A stretch of DNA of 42,734 nucleotides, from assembly GCA_049969855.1 (NCBI GenBank), contig JBMFOB010000011.1, positions 1-42,734 of the forward strand. Reading direction: 5' to 3'. Within the stretch, counting starts at the first letter, position 1. Each line of letters starts with the position of its first letter. Both the position numbers and the translations under genes were made by a program. The notes under the pieces are model-generated. The model ran no database searches. It was not told the DNA's origin and saw nothing but the letters and a program-made list of their open reading frames with translations. The DNA comes from Candidatus Bathyarchaeia archaeon (GTDB taxonomy: Archaea > Thermoproteota > Bathyarchaeia > Bathyarchaeales > Bathycorpusculaceae). Below are positions 38,542 through 42,734 of the stretch, one piece after another.

Positions 38542-39501
38542 ATGGCGGATAAAGTTAGGTTATTTCATGCTGTAGATGTGCATGGAAGCGAAATTGTCTG
38601 GCGAAAGTGGCTTTCAATTCCTAAAGTGCATAAGGCAGACATTTTATTGTTGTGTGGTGATTTGACAGGGAAACTTATAATTCCCATCATTGAAGAAGCT
38701 CCTGGCAAATATAAAACTATGGTTTATGGGCGGTGGATTAACGCCAGCGGCGAAGATGAGCTTAAAAAATTGGTAGATAAAATTACCTTCAGCGGGTTTT
38801 ACACGCATGTTTGCAGCCAAGATGAGTATGATGCACTTATGAAGAACCCCAAAAAAGTTGACGAATTGTTCCGTGATTACATGAAGGAGAGGCTTCAAAG
38901 ATGGCTCGGCATGATTGATGAGAAATTACCCAAAAATATTACTGTTGTAATGATGCCGGGAAACGACGACTCCTTTGAAATTGATGAATTAATAAAGGCT
39001 CATGAGGACCGCGTTATTTATCCCCTAGGAAAAGTTGTGGACCTTTGCTTTGATTATAAAATGTTAAGTTTTGAGTGGGTTAATCCAACGCCTTGGGACA
39101 CTCCAAGGGAAGCCGCAGAGGATGAGTTGTGGAAAAAATTAGAAAAGATAAAGGATATGTTTTCTGGCGACTGGAAAAAGGTTATTCTAAACTTTCATTG
39201 TCCCCCATATGGCACGAAACTGGATTTGGCTCCAAAACTGGATAAGAATTTAAAACCAGTTGTCTTCTTGGGAAGAATTATTTATGATAACGTTGGCAGC
39301 AAATCAATACGCCGATTCATTGAGGAAAATCAGCCCATTTTAAGCCTGCACGGTCATATCCATGAGTCTTATGCTTCAGATTATGTAGGCAAAACCTTAG
39401 CAATCAACCCTGGATCCGAATACAGCGAAGGAGTGTTGAGGGGATTTATCATCGACCTTACCAAAAATGGCGTTGAGAAATGGTGGAAAATAGAGGGATA
39501 A
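38542..39501 (+). CDS. Icc-related metallophosphoesterase (calcineurin-like)
   Basis: DVHGS, GDLTGK, PGNDD, HCPP, LHGHIHES, NPGSEY. Confidence 0.88.
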   Translation: MADKVRLFHAVDVHGSEIVWRKWLSIPKVHKADILLLCGDLTGKLIIPIIEEAPGKYKTMVYGRWINASGEDELKKLVDKITFSGFYTHVCSQDEYDALMKNPKKVDELFRDYMKERLQRWLGMIDEKLPKNITVVMMPGNDDSFEIDELIKAHEDRVIYPLGKVVDLCFDYKMLSFEWVNPTPWDTPREAAEDELWKKLEKIKDMFSGDWKKVILNFHCPPYGTKLDLAPKLDKNLKPVVFLGRIIYDNVGSKSIRRFIEENQPILSLHGHIHESYASDYVGKTLAINPGSEYSEGVLRGFIIDLTKNGVEKWWKIEG

Positions 39502-39503
39502 AA

Positions 39504-40295
39504 ATGGAAGAAAAGGAAAAGAAACAAGTGTCATCAGAAGAAATCGTAAAAATCGCCTTAGACCTCATAGAAGAATCCAAAAAAGAAGGCATCACGTTAA
39601 GGCTGATAGGTGGTCCAGCAGTCAGAATACATTCTTCCCCAATGGCGGTTGAACTTCACAAAAAATTGAAAAGAATTGAAGGACAAGAATTTCCAGATAT
39701 CGATTTCGTAGCTCCAGATAAAGAGAGGGCGAAAATAAGAAAATTCTTTGAGACGAGGGGTTGGAAGTTCGATTCCTACATCTTTTTCTTTACAAGCGGT
39801 GTGGGAACAAGAAATCGCCAAGTATACAGAGGAAAAGTGGACTTGGACATATTTTACGACGAGTTAGATTTATGCCATAAAATAGATTTTCGAAACCGAT
39901 TTAACATAGACTTTCCAACAGCATCATTAGTAGACTTGCTGCTAACCAAATTGGAAATTGTTGAATTTACAGAGAAAGACGCCAAAGACGTCATAGTCCT
40001 AATAAGAGACCACAAAATCGGAGACACTGATGCGCCTGAAACAATTAATGCAAAATATATGGCTAAACTGTTTGCAAACGACTGGGGATTCTGGTACACA
40101 GCCACAAACAACCTAAAAAAGGTTAGAGCCGCTTGTCCAATGTACAAGCAACTTTCTGAAGAGGACGTTGCCGATGTGACTTCTAAAATTGATCAGATAT
40201 TAAAGTACATAGACGAGGAGCCTAAAACTAAGGATTGGATGAAGAGGGCAGAGGTTGGAACAAAGAAGAAATGGTACAAGGAAGTTAGGCTGTAA
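39504..40295 (+). CDS. Hypothetical protein with nucleotidyltransferase (Pol beta superfamily)-like motifs
   Basis: LRLIGGPAV..H, PDIDF, DLDIF, KDAKD. Start at ATG 39504, 2 nt after the upstream stop. Confidence 0.7.
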   Translation: MEEKEKKQVSSEEIVKIALDLIEESKKEGITLRLIGGPAVRIHSSPMAVELHKKLKRIEGQEFPDIDFVAPDKERAKIRKFFETRGWKFDSYIFFFTSGVGTRNRQVYRGKVDLDIFYDELDLCHKIDFRNRFNIDFPTASLVDLLLTKLEIVEFTEKDAKDVIVLIRDHKIGDTDAPETINAKYMAKLFANDWGFWYTATNNLKKVRAACPMYKQLSEEDVADVTSKIDQILKYIDEEPKTKDWMKRAEVGTKKKWYKEVRL

Positions 40296-40364
40296 ATTCT
40301 AACTTAAGTCTTATAATCTTATGCCCCTATATTATTTGCATTAAGAGTTAAGTTAAAGTTTATA

Positions 40365-41060
40365 GTGGGTAAGATTTTGAAGAGAACTAGCGACGACGTG
40401 AAAAAGGCTGAAAAGGCATCGAACGATTTGGCTTACTTAATTAGCTATTATGATGGGTTGAGAAGTGCAGTGATATCTGACCCAAAAGATGTCTTAAAGA
40501 AGACCAAAACTGCAGGGGTTGACCAAGCTTATTGGAAATATTTCAGCAAAGAAACTCAGAAGGTTTTAAGGAAAATGGGACGGTCAAGTAAAGTTAGGAC
40601 TATGATAAGGGTTAACAAGGTTCTAAAATTTGTCAGCATGGCTTACTTTATGATTGTTGTTGCCTTAGCTGTTTCATGGCAAAGAAACGTAATTCTTCCT
40701 TCCAATTTGGAGTGGTTGTGGTGGCTTCTATCATGGCCAAGCGTAATTTTGCTTTTTATCATAGCAGACGTATCATTGCTCATGTTAAGCTTAACAAAAT
40801 ATGAAATGAAAAAACTTGCCGATGAAGGCGGCGTCAAAGATGAGGAAACCGCAAAGGAAAGATTAAAGGAAGCCGTCCAATATCACATTGACAAGTTAAG
40901 AGCAAACATTGAAAAGTATAAACTGAAACCTGAAAATTACAAAATTAAGTTGCATAAAACAGATTATAAAGGGATAAAAATAGTCAAAAAACCTGGCATC
41001 ATGCGTGGATATTACATTGCAATAGTAGATGTGAAGTTTAAAGAAAAAATGGGTGTTTAA
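40365..41060 (+). CDS. Hypothetical basic membrane protein (two central TM helices)
   Basis: Two hydrophobic segments flanked by Lys-rich soluble regions. Confidence 0.7.
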   Translation: MGKILKRTSDDVKKAEKASNDLAYLISYYDGLRSAVISDPKDVLKKTKTAGVDQAYWKYFSKETQKVLRKMGRSSKVRTMIRVNKVLKFVSMAYFMIVVALAVSWQRNVILPSNLEWLWWLLSWPSVILLFIIADVSLLMLSLTKYEMKKLADEGGVKDEETAKERLKEAVQYHIDKLRANIEKYKLKPENYKIKLHKTDYKGIKIVKKPGIMRGYYIAIVDVKFKEKMGV

Positions 41061-41065
41061 AGGAT

Positions 41066-42661
41066 TTATGCTGGTGGTATTTCGCCGTAAATGTCCTGTA
41101 AAGCGATGCCCATTCTTCTGTTACGTTCTGCATAGGCAAACCATATGAGTGAACCCACGAAAACCCAGAAAGCCAAGTACAGCATGCCCCAGAACTCTAG
41201 CCATGACGCACTTATCGCCATTCCCCACACCCAGAATAATACTGCACAAGCTCCAACTATGGATATTAATGGTATACCAGCAAGTGTAGCCTTAAAACCT
41301 CTCTCCCAAATGTCCGGGCGCTTATATGGCACTGCGACTCCTGCTAAGGCAATGAAGAGTTGGCTTATTATGAATATGAAAGTTGCGTCTACAGTAGCCA
41401 CAAATGTTCTTGGAGGAAGACTGAGAGGGACAAACGTGTAGGCAATTAATGCTGTCAATATAACTGACCAATGCGGCGAATGGAAGCGTTCATTCACACG
41501 GTTAAATGCGTCTGGGAAGAACTTGTCAAAGGACCATGCAAAGGGTTGTCTTGGACCTACAAGCAATGTTGCGCCTGCACAGTTGGAAATCCAAAGGGCT
41601 GGAATGAAAGCGAATATAGCTTGAAGCCAAACCATTCCATGAGCTAATGGCACAGTAAATAACGGTAAACTTGGGTCCATAACCCTCATCGCCGTTACTT
41701 GATCGCCATAACCTTCGCCATAGACATAACAGTATTGACTGACAAAGTCACCGTAAGCAGTGTATAACCCAATTGCAGTTAAGACATACCAAATCATTAT
41801 GAATAGCGTAGCAATAAAGACGCCAAGTATGAAGCCTCTCTTCGGCGATTTCATTTCTCCACCAAAATAACACGCTGCTGTAGATCCCCAGTAAGCCCAG
41901 AACGTATCTGCGAAATTACCTATAGTTGCCCCTCCAACACCGCCAGCCGAAGCGGTATGTTCTTCTACAAATGTCGCCCATCCATTTGTTGTTGCCACCT
42001 GCTGCACTTGCTCCCATGACCCATTGCCATACGTTAAATTCCAAGCTTCCTTCACGTAACTTGGATTAGCAACTCCATAGAACGTTGCAAATATTCCCAA
42101 AAAGCTTCCCACTATGCCTATAGCAACTAACCCTGCAACATACCACCTGAAAACCCGTATGCCCAACAAAGACAACAATGTATAAAGCGTAATTATGACA
42201 CAAGCAATTAAAGCCAACCCCATATTATCCAACGCAAAAGCAGCCCAAGCCTCATTTTCCGTAGCCACCCCCAACAGATTGATCACCTTCTCCCAGAAAC
42301 CAGCGCCAATAACAGCTAACAGTCCAGTGGCAAAGTTGTTGGCAACAAAATAGAGCCAGTCTCCAAGAAAACCAATATGCGGATCTAACACTCGCGACAC
42401 GTAAATGTAGCTTCCTCCAGACCTCGGCATCATTATTCCCATTTCTGTAATCACATAAGCCACGAATATGGCTGGCAAAGCTCCAATGATATAAGCAACT
42501 GGGATTAATGATCCAGGATGCCAATAAGAAGCTTGCACCACCCAGTAGTTTATTCCGCTGCCAATGGTGTAGCTAAGCGATATAGAAAATGCAGACCACC
42601 AGCCTAACTCCCTGACCAGTCCAGTTGCCTTTCTTGGAAAAGCAAACTTAACTTCGGCCAA
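41066..42661 (-). CDS. APC family amino acid/polyamine permease
   Basis: RKATGLVRELG, MPRSGGSYIYVSR, GGEMKSP, FAWSFD, SPH, C-terminal EIPP; many TM segments. Confidence 0.9.
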   Translation of the reverse strand: MAEVKFAFPRKATGLVRELGWWSAFSISLSYTIGSGINYWVVQASYWHPGSLIPVAYIIGALPAIFVAYVITEMGIMMPRSGGSYIYVSRVLDPHIGFLGDWLYFVANNFATGLLAVIGAGFWEKVINLLGVATENEAWAAFALDNMGLALIACVIITLYTLLSLLGIRVFRWYVAGLVAIGIVGSFLGIFATFYGVANPSYVKEAWNLTYGNGSWEQVQQVATTNGWATFVEEHTASAGGVGGATIGNFADTFWAYWGSTAACYFGGEMKSPKRGFILGVFIATLFIMIWYVLTAIGLYTAYGDFVSQYCYVYGEGYGDQVTAMRVMDPSLPLFTVPLAHGMVWLQAIFAFIPALWISNCAGATLLVGPRQPFAWSFDKFFPDAFNRVNERFHSPHWSVILTALIAYTFVPLSLPPRTFVATVDATFIFIISQLFIALAGVAVPYKRPDIWERGFKATLAGIPLISIVGACAVLFWVWGMAISASWLEFWGMLYLAFWVFVGSLIWFAYAERNRRMGIALQDIYGEIPPA

Positions 42662-42734
42662 AGCCTTCCCTTCTTTCGTTTTTAAATACTTATGGATTTC
42701 TTTTTAAGCTTTGTTATTCAGCCAAGAATCAAAG

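Noticed and set aside
40300-40356. Inverted repeat TAACTTAA...TTAAGTTA between the NTase-like and membrane genes
   Set aside because: Short, AT-only and imperfect; not distinguishable from chance by eye.
1230-42524. Numerous 60-160 aa ORFs nested in or antisense to long genes (e.g. 5859-6275, 33384-33830, 37858-38331)
   Set aside because: They overlap well-supported genes, lack motifs and look like reverse-frame shadows.

Overview
Gene-dense archaeal window. The gene set (acdB, dph5, ribK/ribL, archaeal coaD, a tRNA with a BHB intron, stand-alone mtrH, several mttB paralogs) suggests Bathyarchaeia; this is inference only. The left half (1-23.3 kb) is mostly housekeeping and cofactor genes: a partial ADP-forming acyl-CoA synthetase beta subunit missed by the ORF track, a probable cobalamin ECF S-component plus DUF4430 pair, a frameshifted M20 hydrolase, htpX, a folate-independent core methionine synthase, tRNA-Lys(CTT) with a 29-nt intron at non-canonical position 30/31, flavin and CoA genes, a type IV pilus locus with tandem pilins and a duplicated palindromic operator-like motif, and the LipS1/LipS2 lipoyl synthase pair. 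The right half (23.3-42.7 kb) is a corrinoid methyl-transfer island. It holds three pyrrolysine-free MttB-family methyltransferases, two corrinoid proteins, a RACE/ASKHA activator and a stand-alone MtrH, interleaved with an agmatinase-family hydrolase, a threonine-synthase-like enzyme, an aminotransferase, an AOR, a proline-racemase homolog with a rewired active site and an APC permease. It also carries an uncharacterised metallophosphoesterase / nucleotidyltransferase-like / membrane protein operon. All product calls come from motif recognition by eye; no database search was run.
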